The notes beneath the pieces were generated by a model, which was not told where the DNA came from, ran no database searches, and saw nothing but the letters and a program-made list of their open reading frames with translations. From IMG/VR virus record IMGVR_UViG_3300042808_000034, positions 1 through 51,920 of that record: 51,920 nucleotides of DNA; one strand, written 5' to 3'. Each line of letters starts with the position of its first letter. Positions within the stretch are counted from its first letter, which is position 1. Source of the DNA: a virus (lineage: Duplodnaviria; Caudoviricetes). The translations under genes and the position numbers were made by a program. This document shows, one piece after another, positions 10,823-20,554 of the stretch.

Positions 10823-11882
10823 TTATTCTTTTATTATATCTAATATAACTGCTAATTCTTTTATGTGTTCTTTATTGTTGCCAGATTCTAATTCTTTAAT
10901 ATTTGCATATCCATATTTAACTATAAAGTCTTTTGTAATTGATTTAATATTAGCGTCTCCAGCTTTTATAGTTTCTATACATAATTTAATTAATTCATCA
11001 TCATCTTGTTTGTTTTCAGCTTCTGCAAATTTCTTTGCATTATCTTCTTTTTCTTTTCTATCTACTTTTATTTGTTTTTCAAACTCTTTTTCAGTCATTT
11101 CTTTATTTTTAGAATTTTTAATACCTTCTAATACTGCATTTATATAGTTTTTAGCACCAAACTCTATTCTATTTGGTAAAGATGGGAATCTTGAACCAGC
11201 ATCAACCATACCATCGCTTTTAAAATACATATATCTTTTAATATCTTGTAATGTTCCGTTATCTATTTCTTTTTCAGTAGTAATATTACATATTATATCA
11301 GAAACATATGCGAATGTATTAAAATAATCAGCTGTTAAATTAGATGTTAATATACTGTATTCATCACCATTTTTTTCTTTGACTGATTTTATTTTATTAT
11401 GTCCTATTATAAAAACTCCATATTTTGTATTTTTTAATCTTGCTAATTGTTCATTGATTATTCTTGATAATCTTTCTCTTCCGTTTACCGTAACCGCCAA
11501 AACAGTCATTGATAGACTTACAAACTTTTCCAGTTTCTACTCTAGAAAGTCTTATAGTTTCTTTTTCAGCTATTTCTATTAATTGGTCACAAGTATCTAT
11601 AGAAATCATTTTAAAATCATTATCATCTGCATTTTGTATAAGTTCATCGATTATTTCTACAAATTCAACCCAGTTCCTAGGATTTTCATAAACTAAACCA
11701 TCTATAGCACTATATCCATCTTCATTACCAATTTGAATAGAAAGCAGTTTATCTAAACCACCATAATATTCTTCTGCTATATCAGCAACTAAAGTAGTTT
11801 TACCTATTTTTCTATTACCTATTATTAAATGTACATAATTTTCTAAACATACTTTTACAACGTGCGTTTTACCTAAAGCCAT
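10823..11882 (-). CDS. AAA-family P-loop ATPase (Sak4/SPbeta YorG-like); joined across CGGA at 11480-11483
   Basis: GNRKIGKTT, ISIDT, restored FGGYGK-G-RERL, FIIGH, DAGSRF. Confidence 0.85.
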
Positions 11883-11902
11883 TTAATTACCTTCTTTCTC
11901 AT

Positions 11903-12205
11903 TTAATCAAGTTCTATAAAATCTATTTTTACTTCTTTTACTCTATTTATATTTTCTAATAAAAAAAGTATTGTTTTTTCTATTTCTGTTAAATTATTAT
12001 TTTTCTTAACGTAATAGGAAATAGAAGAATCTTTAAATTTTATACTTATAATTTTATCTTCTTTAATTTTTTTAACAAAATCTTTTTGTTGTAGATTTTT
12101 TATTATTTCTTTATTGTATTCATGTGTTGCTTCATATAAATCATACATACTATTTCCATTATTTAGTAATTCTTTATATTCTTCTTCACTCAATGTATAT
12201 GTCAT
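11903..12205 (-). CDS. hypothetical protein (paralog cluster)
   Basis: YTLSEEEYK resembles neighbour YILNENEYK. Confidence 0.6.
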   Translation of the reverse strand: MTYTLSEEEYKELLNNGNSMYDLYEATHEYNKEIIKNLQQKDFVKKIKEDKIISIKFKDSSISYYVKKNNNLTEIEKTILFLLENINRVKEVKIDFIELD

Positions 12206-12206
12206 G

Positions 12207-12470
12207 TTAATCCTCCAATTTATTTTTATCTACCAAACTAAAAAAACCAGAATTTCTAGTTTCATTAAAAGCTCTTAACAATTCCAAATCAAAATCATTT
12301 ATTTTATCAATACTAGAATCATAAGCATATTGGATAAGAGTATTATTTTGACTATATTTTATGATTTCTAAAGTTTTATATTTATTAAATATAATATCTT
12401 TTAAACATTTTACTGCATTCTCATTGTAAATACTTTTTTTATATTCATTCTCGTTTAATATATATTGCAT
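12207..12470 (-). CDS. hypothetical protein (paralog cluster)
   Basis: YAYDSSIDKINDFDLELL shared with 12471..12815. Confidence 0.6.
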   Translation of the reverse strand: MQYILNENEYKKSIYNENAVKCLKDIIFNKYKTLEIIKYSQNNTLIQYAYDSSIDKINDFDLELLRAFNETRNSGFFSLVDKNKLED

Positions 12471-12815
12471 TTAATTACCTTCTTTCTCATTTATATCTTT
12501 AACTGTACTATGTTCATTTTTTTCTTTATTTATATCTGTAATTCTAAGTTGACCAAAATTTAAAGTTTTTAATATTTCTAAATCAAAATCACTTATTTTA
12601 TCTATATTTGAATCATAAGTATAAATATTTAATGGTAATTTAACATCTTCTTCAACATCATACCATTTAAGTTCCATTGTATCTTTCATTGTTTTATATT
12701 TTTCTTCCATTAAATACTTTATAACTTCTCTTATTTTAAAATAATAAGGAAACTGTTCATTCCTAAATCTTAACAAACCTTCATTTTCATCAAAATTTTT
12801 ATTGTATTTTACCAT
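12471..12815 (-). CDS. hypothetical protein (paralog cluster)
   Basis: YTYDSNIDKISDFDLEIL; AGGAGG RBS. Confidence 0.6.
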   Translation of the reverse strand: MVKYNKNFDENEGLLRFRNEQFPYYFKIREVIKYLMEEKYKTMKDTMELKWYDVEEDVKLPLNIYTYDSNIDKISDFDLEILKTLNFGQLRITDINKEKNEHSTVKDINEKEGN

Positions 12816-12866
12816 ATAATCCTCCTTGGATTTTAGTCATATAAAAGGAGATTTCTCTCCTCTTAA

Positions 12867-13949
12867 TTAACCTATTAAATCATCCATATCATCGTCATCA
12901 TTGAAAATATTATCATCTTCTACTATTTTTTCTTTAGCAATTTGGTCTATTGTTTTTTTAGTAGTTTTTGTTTCAACTAATGGTTGATATATTTTTTCTT
13001 CAAAATCTTTAGTAGTAAATCCACTTTCAACTCTACCATCTGCATAAGCACCGTATAAAACTGGTTCTAATAATCTAATAGCTTGTTTAGATTCTCCAAT
13101 TATATCACTAGAATAATCTGCTAAAGTTTTTCTACCCATAAGAATTTCGTTTTGTTGTCTTGTGCCTAAATCTTCAAATGTAGCTTCTTTTTTTTCTGCT
13201 CCGCGTATATATTTAAGTTTCCATTTCATTTTCATAACATCATTACTTTTAACAGTAAAGTCAGATACATTAGAATCAAATAACATTTTATGTTTTTTAT
13301 TTGTCATGTCTAATTTACTTGTATTAAATTCTACTAACATAGGTAAAAATCTTTTTTCAGAAACAGCAGAAATATATTCTTCAACGTAAGCATTAATTAA
13401 AACAACATTGTTTTTATCTGTTAAATCAATACTATTCTTATCATAGAATAATTCCATATCAAGAATAAAAGAAGATTTATCTTTTTCATTCATCCATATA
13501 TTTTTTACTTCAAAGTTATAATAAAAATTACCATTATATTCTGTTATTTTAACTTCGCCTGTTACTTGAACTCTTAAATCATCTGTAGCTTCAATTATAG
13601 GGGCAATATAATCAAATAAATCAGCTCTTGTTAAGAACTCAAGTATTTCACCATCACTACCTACATTTGTTCTGTATTTAGATATATTAGATATTAAAGA
13701 TAATGTTTTTTTATCATGTCTGTCTGCAAAAGGTATTTCAAGACCAGCTTTGTTATTTCTATCTTTATCAAATACTTTAATGAATTTTTCACCTGGTTTA
13801 AGACCTAATCTTGACAAACGCATAAATGCGGTATTCATACCGTCATCAGATTTAATCATAAAATTTAAACTTTTAAAATCATTTTTCCCTACTTTTATAA
13901 GGTTTTCTTTTGGTTTTGCTATTTTTCCTGTAAATGTAAATGTATTCAT
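12867..13949 (-). CDS. putative ssDNA-binding protein
   Basis: N-terminal MNTFTFTGKI, VQVTGEV OB-like strands, acidic tail DDDDMDDLIG; replication context. Confidence 0.55.
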   Translation of the reverse strand: MNTFTFTGKIAKPKENLIKVGKNDFKSLNFMIKSDDGMNTAFMRLSRLGLKPGEKFIKVFDKDRNNKAGLEIPFADRHDKKTLSLISNISKYRTNVGSDGEILEFLTRADLFDYIAPIIEATDDLRVQVTGEVKITEYNGNFYYNFEVKNIWMNEKDKSSFILDMELFYDKNSIDLTDKNNVVLINAYVEEYISAVSEKRFLPMLVEFNTSKLDMTNKKHKMLFDSNVSDFTVKSNDVMKMKWKLKYIRGAEKKEATFEDLGTRQQNEILMGRKTLADYSSDIIGESKQAIRLLEPVLYGAYADGRVESGFTTKDFEEKIYQPLVETKTTKKTIDQIAKEKIVEDDNIFNDDDDMDDLIG

Positions 13950-13963
13950 TTAAATCCTCCTTA

Positions 13964-14185
13964 TTATTCTGCTTGTTCTTGAGCCATTGCTTCAGCTTCT
14001 TCTCTTGATTTAATCATTGATTTTAATTGATTTATTAGATTAATAAGATTAGTTGCAATACCCATGAAATTAGTATATCTAGGTGTATCTAAAAATGTTT
14101 CATCTTTTAATAAATCCTCTTGTATTTTTTTTAATTGTTCTTCATAAAATTTTAATCTTTCTTGCATACTTTTTATTGTTTCCAT
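13964..14185 (-). CDS. small coiled-coil protein
   Basis: ORF track. Confidence 0.55.
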   Translation of the reverse strand: METIKSMQERLKFYEEQLKKIQEDLLKDETFLDTPRYTNFMGIATNLINLINQLKSMIKSREEAEAMAQEQAE

Positions 14186-14217
14186 TTTTCTTTTCCCCTT
14201 TCAATAATTTATGTAAT

Positions 14218-14258
14218 CAGGGATAAACAAATTAATTCTATAATATTATTTATCCCTG
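14218..14258. terminator. intergenic hairpin downstream of Hsp20 gene
   Basis: CAGGGATAAACAA...TTATTTATCCCTG inverted repeat; no clear U-tract. Confidence 0.45.
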
Positions 14259-14302
14259 TATTTACTTTGTTTATATGTAAAATAAGTGATAGATTTTTTA
14301 TT

Positions 14303-14677
14303 TTACTTAACTTTTATAGTTTTTTCTACAGGTTTCTTATATTCTATAGTTATATATAATAACCCATTTTTCATTTCACTGTCTATACTTTCTACATCTG
14401 TATTTTGATTAACTTTAAAACGAGAATTAATAGAATACATTTGTCCTGTTATCTCATCTTTTGTTTCTCCAGATATATCTAGCATTTTATTTGAATTTTC
14501 TAATTTCATAACAACCTTTAAATCTTCTTTATTGATACCAACTACATTATGTATAATAATAGTTTTCTCATCCTTGTTTATAATAGTATATGGTGTCATA
14601 TCTTTCTCAGGTCTTCTGAAATTGTAAAATCTTCTATCAAAATCTAATAAATTTAAAAATAATAATTCATCTCTCAT
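14303..14677 (-). CDS. Hsp20/alpha-crystallin small heat-shock protein
   Basis: VVGINKEDLKV..LDISGE..IDSEMKNGLLYITI; AAGGAG RBS before MRDELL. Confidence 0.85.
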   Translation of the reverse strand: MRDELLFLNLLDFDRRFYNFRRPEKDMTPYTIINKDEKTIIIHNVVGINKEDLKVVMKLENSNKMLDISGETKDEITGQMYSINSRFKVNQNTDVESIDSEMKNGLLYITIEYKKPVEKTIKVK

Positions 14678-14761
14678 AATAATCACTCCTTAATAATAAT
14701 ACATTAATCTATCACTTATTATTACCAATATTGTTTATTAACATAAAAATGTCTTATATAT

Positions 14762-14790
14762 ATTATATCATATTTGTAGCAAAATGTCAA
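14762..14790 (-). promoter_or_regulatory. sigma-A type promoter
   Basis: TTGACA-17-TATAAT, extended -10. Confidence 0.8.
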
Positions 14791-14795
14791 GTGTT

Positions 14796-15329
14796 TTAGA
14801 CAAATTTATATTCTTTTATGAATTCTTTACAAAATTCATTTAATTTTTCTTCACCATCAGGTAAATCAATATTAATCATTTTTTTATATTTATCTAATCC
14901 AGTTTCAGTAGCATCTTTTTGCGCTTCTTCTGTTAAAGTACTTACAAAATTTTCTCTATTTATTCTAAATACTTTTTGTTCATAATCAGTATTTTTATTC
15001 CAGTATTCAATTTCATTTTTAAATCTACAATCAGGAATTATAACATAATCAAAATTTTGGGCAACTAGTTTTAATATAAAGTGAATCTCTTCAATCCATA
15101 TATCTTCACTAATTTTTCTAGCATTATTACCTAAATCTTGTAATAATTTTCTACCAGCATCGTCTTTAATACCATTCCAACCATAACATATTCTGGCAAT
15201 CTCTTTTATTCTATCTGCATAATGTAATATTAAAACCTTTTTACCTTCTGATTGTAAAGACATATATAATTCTCTTGCAAATGTATCTTTGCCCATACCT
15301 GCCTTGCCTGATATTTGTATTAATTGCAT
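14796..15329 (-). CDS. deoxynucleoside monophosphate kinase-like P-loop kinase
   Basis: ISGKAGMGKDT, YADRIK, GRKLLQDLG, IPDCRFKNE. Confidence 0.85.
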   Translation of the reverse strand: MQLIQISGKAGMGKDTFARELYMSLQSEGKKVLILHYADRIKEIARICYGWNGIKDDAGRKLLQDLGNNARKISEDIWIEEIHFILKLVAQNFDYVIIPDCRFKNEIEYWNKNTDYEQKVFRINRENFVSTLTEEAQKDATETGLDKYKKMINIDLPDGEEKLNEFCKEFIKEYKFV

Positions 15330-15330
15330 A

Positions 15331-15546
15331 TTACTTAACCTCCTCTATAATATAATCTTCATCTGATAATTCATAATGGTCTATTTCATAGTCATCTACT
15401 ATAACGTCTAATTCATATTTAAACTCTCTATCATATATTATTTCATCTAATTCTTCTCTTGAATCACATTCTACTATAGTTTCAGCATGACCACATCTTA
15501 GATGTCCTTGTACATAATCACAATTTTTACTTACTCTAAATTTCAT
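15331..15546 (-). CDS. hypothetical protein
   Basis: ORF track, operonic. Confidence 0.55.
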   Translation of the reverse strand: MKFRVSKNCDYVQGHLRCGHAETIVECDSREELDEIIYDREFKYELDVIVDDYEIDHYELSDEDYIIEEVK

Positions 15547-15548
15547 GG

Positions 15549-15917
15549 TTATTTCACCTCTTTCTTTTTATCAGTTAGTACTTTATCGCTTTTCATAATC
15601 AAATCAATTATAGGGGTATCTAAGGCTTTCAGATTTGATTCTAAAGCAGTAATATCTTTACTTAACTTCTTTTCAACATCTTTTAAATCTTTTAAAAACT
15701 CATTATAAGAATTAAAATCCTTTTCTTCTATTTTTTGTTTAATTTTCTTATTAAATAGACTTTTTAAAGCATCTGGAATATTAGAGTAATAGCCAATAGG
15801 TTCAAATTTATCTTCGCCAAAGTTTTTACTTTTTTCTTCTTTTATTTGTGATTTTTTAACTAATATTATATTATACTTATCAGCATCTATAAAATATTCT
15901 TCATTAATTTTAACCAT
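15549..15917 (-). CDS. hypothetical phage protein
   Basis: YFIDADKYNIIL..IGYYSN motif common in phage proteins. Confidence 0.6.
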   Translation of the reverse strand: MVKINEEYFIDADKYNIILVKKSQIKEEKSKNFGEDKFEPIGYYSNIPDALKSLFNKKIKQKIEEKDFNSYNEFLKDLKDVEKKLSKDITALESNLKALDTPIIDLIMKSDKVLTDKKKEVK

Positions 15918-15919
15918 AG

Positions 15920-16540
15920 TTATTCTCCTTTTATTCTACCTTCTTCATTTAATATTCCATATGATTTCAAAACTGATATTTTACTTTCTTGTGTTTCACA
16001 TATTTCTAACTGTGCTTCTACTTCTTCTATGATATTATTTATACTTTCTAATTCAATTTTAAATGTTTGTTCTGCTGCTTCTATTTCATCTTTACTCTTT
16101 TGTGTTAAAAAATCATTTGTATTTATACTATATACTGTCACTCCATAATTTATATTTGATTCTTGTAGTTTTTTATTATAATTTTTTATACTTTCTATTA
16201 TTTTATAATATTCTTTTAAGTTTTTATCGCCTTTTATTATTTTATCTCTGTTGTCATTATATTCTTTATTTATTCTATCTTTTTCTCTATTTTCATAAAT
16301 ATTTAATATTTTCATATAATTACCTTCTTTCTTTTCTTGTTCTGAATATATCCATTCAGCTTTTTCTTCAACTTTAAATTCTTTTACTTCTTCAAATTCC
16401 CAATTTGCAATATTATTAAAACTTTCTAACTCATAAAAACTAAAATGATAACCAATATCGTCTATTATTTCTTCATTTTTTACTTCGTATATCTTGTCTT
16501 TAGCAAAATCATAACCTGGTTTTATACATTTTAAAATCAT
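15920..16540 (-). CDS. hypothetical protein
   Basis: GAGGTG RBS, ORF track. Confidence 0.6.
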   Translation of the reverse strand: MILKCIKPGYDFAKDKIYEVKNEEIIDDIGYHFSFYELESFNNIANWEFEEVKEFKVEEKAEWIYSEQEKKEGNYMKILNIYENREKDRINKEYNDNRDKIIKGDKNLKEYYKIIESIKNYNKKLQESNINYGVTVYSINTNDFLTQKSKDEIEAAEQTFKIELESINNIIEEVEAQLEICETQESKISVLKSYGILNEEGRIKGE

Positions 16541-16728
16541 AAATTCACCTCTATTTCCTTTTCTTATTATCGTTTTTCTTTTTTAATTTAGGACAAAATT
16601 CTATAATAGTTTTAAAACTTTGTTTACATTCATTTTCACAATCTTCACAAAGCTCATGAAATTTTATATTATCATTTTCATCACGGTAATATTCATTTTT
16701 TTTATTCATTGTCTACATCTTCTTTCTA

Positions 16729-17580
16729 TTATTTAATATTATAACTATGATTTTTCATAAGTTGTTCTGTTTTAGCACCTTGATTTTTAATATATAATTG
16801 TGTATTAGAAATAGCACTATGTCCTAATATATTAGATATTCCTATTAAATCTACTCCATTAGCATATAAATCTGTAGCTAAACTTCTTCTAAGACTATGC
16901 ATACTTATGTTTTTATTTATATTAGCTCTAGATACAAGATTTTTTAAAGTAACATTTAAAGCTCCTATTTGCATTGGAGTGCATTTATCAGATATAAATA
17001 AGTTTTTATAATTAGATTGTTTTCTAATAGCAATATAATCATCTAAGGCTTTTTTAGTAGTTTCATTTAAATAAACAACTCTAGATTTTCCACCTTTACC
17101 ATTAACTATCTCTAATTTGTCAACTTTATAATCTTCTAGCTTTAGATTTATTAACTCAGATACACGAATTCCTGTATTTACAGCAACCATCATTATTGCA
17201 TAAGTACGTTTATTCCTTGCTTTACTAAGCATTTTAACAACTTCTCCTGCAGTTAAATAACTTTGTTGTTTAGTATCTATTTTAAGTTTCTTAATTAATG
17301 GTCTAGCTATATTTTTAGTTATAACATCTCTTTCGATAAGATAATCACAAAATGATGCAAGAGCAGCTAATCTAACTCTTCTTGTATTTTGACTATTTCC
17401 ATTTTCTTTTAAAGATAAAGACCAGTCTTCAACATCATCTATTGATAAGTTCTTAAATTCTTCTATATTATTTATGTTTTTGAATTCTAAAAACTTATTA
17501 ATATTTATTTCATAATCTTGTCTTGTTCTAGGACTAATCAAACCTTTTAAAAATCTTTCTAATTCTTTCATAATACTCAC
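16729..17580 (-). CDS. tyrosine recombinase (XerC/D-like)
   Basis: TGIRVSEL, GKGGKSR, HSLRR, ILGH..TQLY catalytic residues. Confidence 0.95.
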   Translation of the reverse strand: MSIMKELERFLKGLISPRTRQDYEININKFLEFKNINNIEEFKNLSIDDVEDWSLSLKENGNSQNTRRVRLAALASFCDYLIERDVITKNIARPLIKKLKIDTKQQSYLTAGEVVKMLSKARNKRTYAIMMVAVNTGIRVSELINLKLEDYKVDKLEIVNGKGGKSRVVYLNETTKKALDDYIAIRKQSNYKNLFISDKCTPMQIGALNVTLKNLVSRANINKNISMHSLRRSLATDLYANGVDLIGISNILGHSAISNTQLYIKNQGAKTEQLMKNHSYNIK

Positions 17581-17600
17581 TCCTTAATTACTATAATTAT

Positions 17601-17629
17601 ATTATAACATAAAAAGTGTTATTTGTCAA
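17601..17629 (-). promoter_or_regulatory. sigma-A type promoter
   Basis: TTGACA-17-TATAAT, extended -10. Confidence 0.8.
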
Positions 17630-17647
17630 GTGTTTTGTTGAAAATAA

Positions 17648-18031
17648 TTAATCTTCTAATATATTTTCACTTTCATCTCTAATACTAATAAATAACTTAT
17701 TTCCATCTAATCTATTCATTTGTCCCCTATTATAATCATCATGTGTCATAGATACTAAATAAGACACTTCTTTTTCATTAAAATAAACAATTCTTATTTC
17801 ACAGATATCACTTGAATCTACATCAAATTCACCACAATTATCTATATCTTTCATGTCATCATAATCATTTATTACCAATAACATTTCTTTTATTACTTCT
17901 TGTTTGTAAAACATATCTTCTATCTCTATTTCATGTGTTTCTATTTTAAATTCAGTTATATCTGAGTTATAAACTCTAAAGCAATCATTATTTAATGATA
18001 TTAGCTCTATGTAATATATTTTATTATTCAT
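17648..18031 (-). CDS. hypothetical protein
   Basis: ORF track. Confidence 0.6.
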   Translation of the reverse strand: MNNKIYYIELISLNNDCFRVYNSDITEFKIETHEIEIEDMFYKQEVIKEMLLVINDYDDMKDIDNCGEFDVDSSDICEIRIVYFNEKEVSYLVSMTHDDYNRGQMNRLDGNKLFISIRDESENILED

Positions 18032-18286
18032 ATCTTTACCCTCTTTCTATTATTTTGTATATATTTTCGTATTTATATCTTCGTAGTTATAATAATTATA
18101 ATTATTTGCTTGTATAAAAGTATTAAAATTACATTCTTTTTCAATATAATCTTTGTCATTTGATGAGTATTTTATAGTATCTAAAAGTGTATTTAATCCT
18201 TCTTCAAAGAAATTTATTTCTACAACATCTTCATATATTTTTTTTAATATTAATTTTGATTCTAATAAATTCATATAACCACTCCT

Positions 18287-18511
18287 TTATATTTGAAATC
18301 CTTCAGGATATCTTGTTTCTGTATATTCTCCTTCTATGCCTAAATTATTTCTACTTTTTCCACAGTTATTACATCTCATATTAGGAATTACATTATCATG
18401 AAAGTTTCTATCGTCATAACCTGACATTTCATATTCTTCATTACAATTTTCACAAACATAGATTGCATGAAAATCTCTTCTATATTGTCTTAACATTTCT
18501 TTTATTTTCAT
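18287..18511 (-). CDS. small Zn-ribbon phage protein
   Basis: RRDFHAIYVCENC..GYDD..CNNCGK. Confidence 0.7.
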   Translation of the reverse strand: MKIKEMLRQYRRDFHAIYVCENCNEEYEMSGYDDRNFHDNVIPNMRCNNCGKSRNNLGIEGEYTETRYPEGFQI

Positions 18512-18523
18512 TTTAAACCTCCT

Positions 18524-19078
18524 TTATTTTTGCAAATCTAAATTATAATCTGATATAATACTACCTTTAGGAAGATATATATCATAATAATATATATTAT
18601 TATACCATTCTTTTGTTTTAAAAAATAATATATTATAACTATTAATTTTTTGCCTGTAAATTTTTATAGTGTGCATATTCTCTTTTTCATAAATATTACT
18701 TGTATTGCAATCAAATTGCTTTAAAGTTATCTTATCATTATCTTTTATATAAGCAACGTATTGCCAATTTTCATTTATAATTCCCCTAGACATTAACGCT
18801 CCGCCAGAAAATTTTCCTTGTAAATTAGAAGTGTCATTTATTGCATATATTTCTAATGTTTCTGTATTCTCCCAAGTAATATTTTTATCATTTAAACTTG
18901 ATACATATATAATTCCTATAATCCAAATTGGAATACATATAATAATTCCAATACCAAAAAAATAATCTATAAATAAAAATTCATTTTGTTTTATATTACT
19001 TATTATAGTACCTAAAATACCACATAAGATTATAGAGAATATAGGAAAGAAGCATACCCATATACTTAATAATTCCAT
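18524..19078 (-). CDS. membrane protein
   Basis: two N-terminal hydrophobic helices. Confidence 0.65.
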   Translation of the reverse strand: MELLSIWVCFFPIFSIILCGILGTIISNIKQNEFLFIDYFFGIGIIICIPIWIIGIIYVSSLNDKNITWENTETLEIYAINDTSNLQGKFSGGALMSRGIINENWQYVAYIKDNDKITLKQFDCNTSNIYEKENMHTIKIYRQKINSYNILFFKTKEWYNNIYYYDIYLPKGSIISDYNLDLQK

Positions 19079-19080
19079 AT

Positions 19081-19515
19081 CTAAACCTCCTTATATTCTA
19101 ATGTATAAATACCATCGTCTAATTTAACATTTAAAGGGTTTTTACATTCTTTTATAACATTTTCCAATTGTTCTTTATTAAAAACAATTCCTCTATTTTT
19201 ATTTTTCAAATCTTCTATACATTCTTTAACAATATTTTGAGCATATAAACTGTAATCAATTTGTTTAACTTCTTTCATATCATTAAATACATGAAATAGC
19301 TCTGGTATTTGAAAAGATTCTATTATTCCATTATCATAAATAAGACCTACTAAATCTTCTGTTATGTAATATATTTTGCCAGATATTTCTTTTTTATATT
19401 CTCTATCTACTTCATCTATTATATTTGTATAAGATTTTAATAAATCTCCCTTTTTATATGTTTTCCCTTTATGTTTAATTACATATTCTCCATCTTCTAA
19501 TATTGCTTTATTCAT
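19081..19515 (-). CDS. hypothetical protein
   Basis: ORF track. Confidence 0.6.
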   Translation of the reverse strand: MNKAILEDGEYVIKHKGKTYKKGDLLKSYTNIIDEVDREYKKEISGKIYYITEDLVGLIYDNGIIESFQIPELFHVFNDMKEVKQIDYSLYAQNIVKECIEDLKNKNRGIVFNKEQLENVIKECKNPLNVKLDDGIYTLEYKEV

Positions 19516-19520
19516 ATAAT

Positions 19521-19799
19521 TTATTCCCCTTTACATTTATTTATAAGATATTCTCTATCACAGTTTAATAATTCCATTGCTTTATTTAATAAGACGTTAT
19601 CTTCGAAATCTTCTTTTCTGCAATATTTACAACTATCTTTTATTACTTCATCATTTTCATCATATTCTGCCTTGTAACCATCTAATTCAGCGCAATCATC
19701 ACAACACCAACATGTTCCACAATTCTCACAACTAACATAATCTCCACAATCATTAAAATTTTCTTTACATCTTTGACAAGTAAAATAATCTACACTCAT
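19521..19799 (-). CDS. Cys-rich metal-binding protein
   Basis: multiple CxxC motifs. Confidence 0.65.
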   Translation of the reverse strand: MSVDYFTCQRCKENFNDCGDYVSCENCGTCWCCDDCAELDGYKAEYDENDEVIKDSCKYCRKEDFEDNVLLNKAMELLNCDREYLINKCKGE

Positions 19800-19816
19800 A
19801 TTAATTCCTCCTTCTT

Positions 19817-20494
19817 TTAATCTAATCCATTATATAAACTATTGCCTACATACACATCATTTTCATTATCTTTAATCTCTTGTAATATATATAATTTCGT
19901 ATCTTTACAAGGAAAATATCCATATTTAGCATATTTTAGCATACGTTCAAATGTAGAATAAGGTAAATCTATTCTATCATCTATAACTAATCTATTTTGT
20001 AATAAATGTTCAAAAAACATATCATTTACTAAGCATTTATATTCTATTTTAGTTTCAGTTTCTTCTGAAGGTGGAACATCAAATGCTATAAATAAATCCG
20101 AACCATCTATTTCTGTACTTATTATTTCTTTATAATAGGCAAATTTAACAATTGTAAAGTCAAATGAATTAAGTATTTCTTCTGGAGTTCCATAAACATG
20201 TCTTATTAATTCAACCACTATTCCTGTCTCACTTTCTTTATAAGCTACTACTTTTGGATTTTCATAATGAACAAAATATCTCTTCTCTCCTAAAGTATTA
20301 ATATCGTTCTCAAAATAATTTAATGCTTCATTAAAATCCTTTTCATTTTCAAAAAACATATCTATATCTCTAATTTTTTCATTCTTAAATATATTTTTAA
20401 AACAACCTCCTGCTATAAACCCTTTATGTCCTATCATGTATTTATTTAACTGTTTTACTTTTTGAAACTCGTCTATATCTCTTTTTATTAACAT
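19817..20494 (-). CDS. nucleotidyltransferase (CCA/poly(A) polymerase head-like)
   Basis: FIAGGCFK..RDIDMFF, VELI, FDFTI, RMLKY.KYGY. Confidence 0.75.
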   Translation of the reverse strand: MLIKRDIDEFQKVKQLNKYMIGHKGFIAGGCFKNIFKNEKIRDIDMFFENEKDFNEALNYFENDINTLGEKRYFVHYENPKVVAYKESETGIVVELIRHVYGTPEEILNSFDFTIVKFAYYKEIISTEIDGSDLFIAFDVPPSEETETKIEYKCLVNDMFFEHLLQNRLVIDDRIDLPYSTFERMLKYAKYGYFPCKDTKLYILQEIKDNENDVYVGNSLYNGLD

Positions 20495-20522
20495 TTCTTT
20501 TGACCTCCTTATTATAATATCT

Positions 20523-20551
20523 ATTATAACACATAATTATCGATTTGTCAA
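20523..20551 (-). promoter_or_regulatory. sigma-A type promoter
   Basis: TTGACA-17-TATAAT, extended -10. Confidence 0.8.
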
Positions 20552-20554
20552 GCA

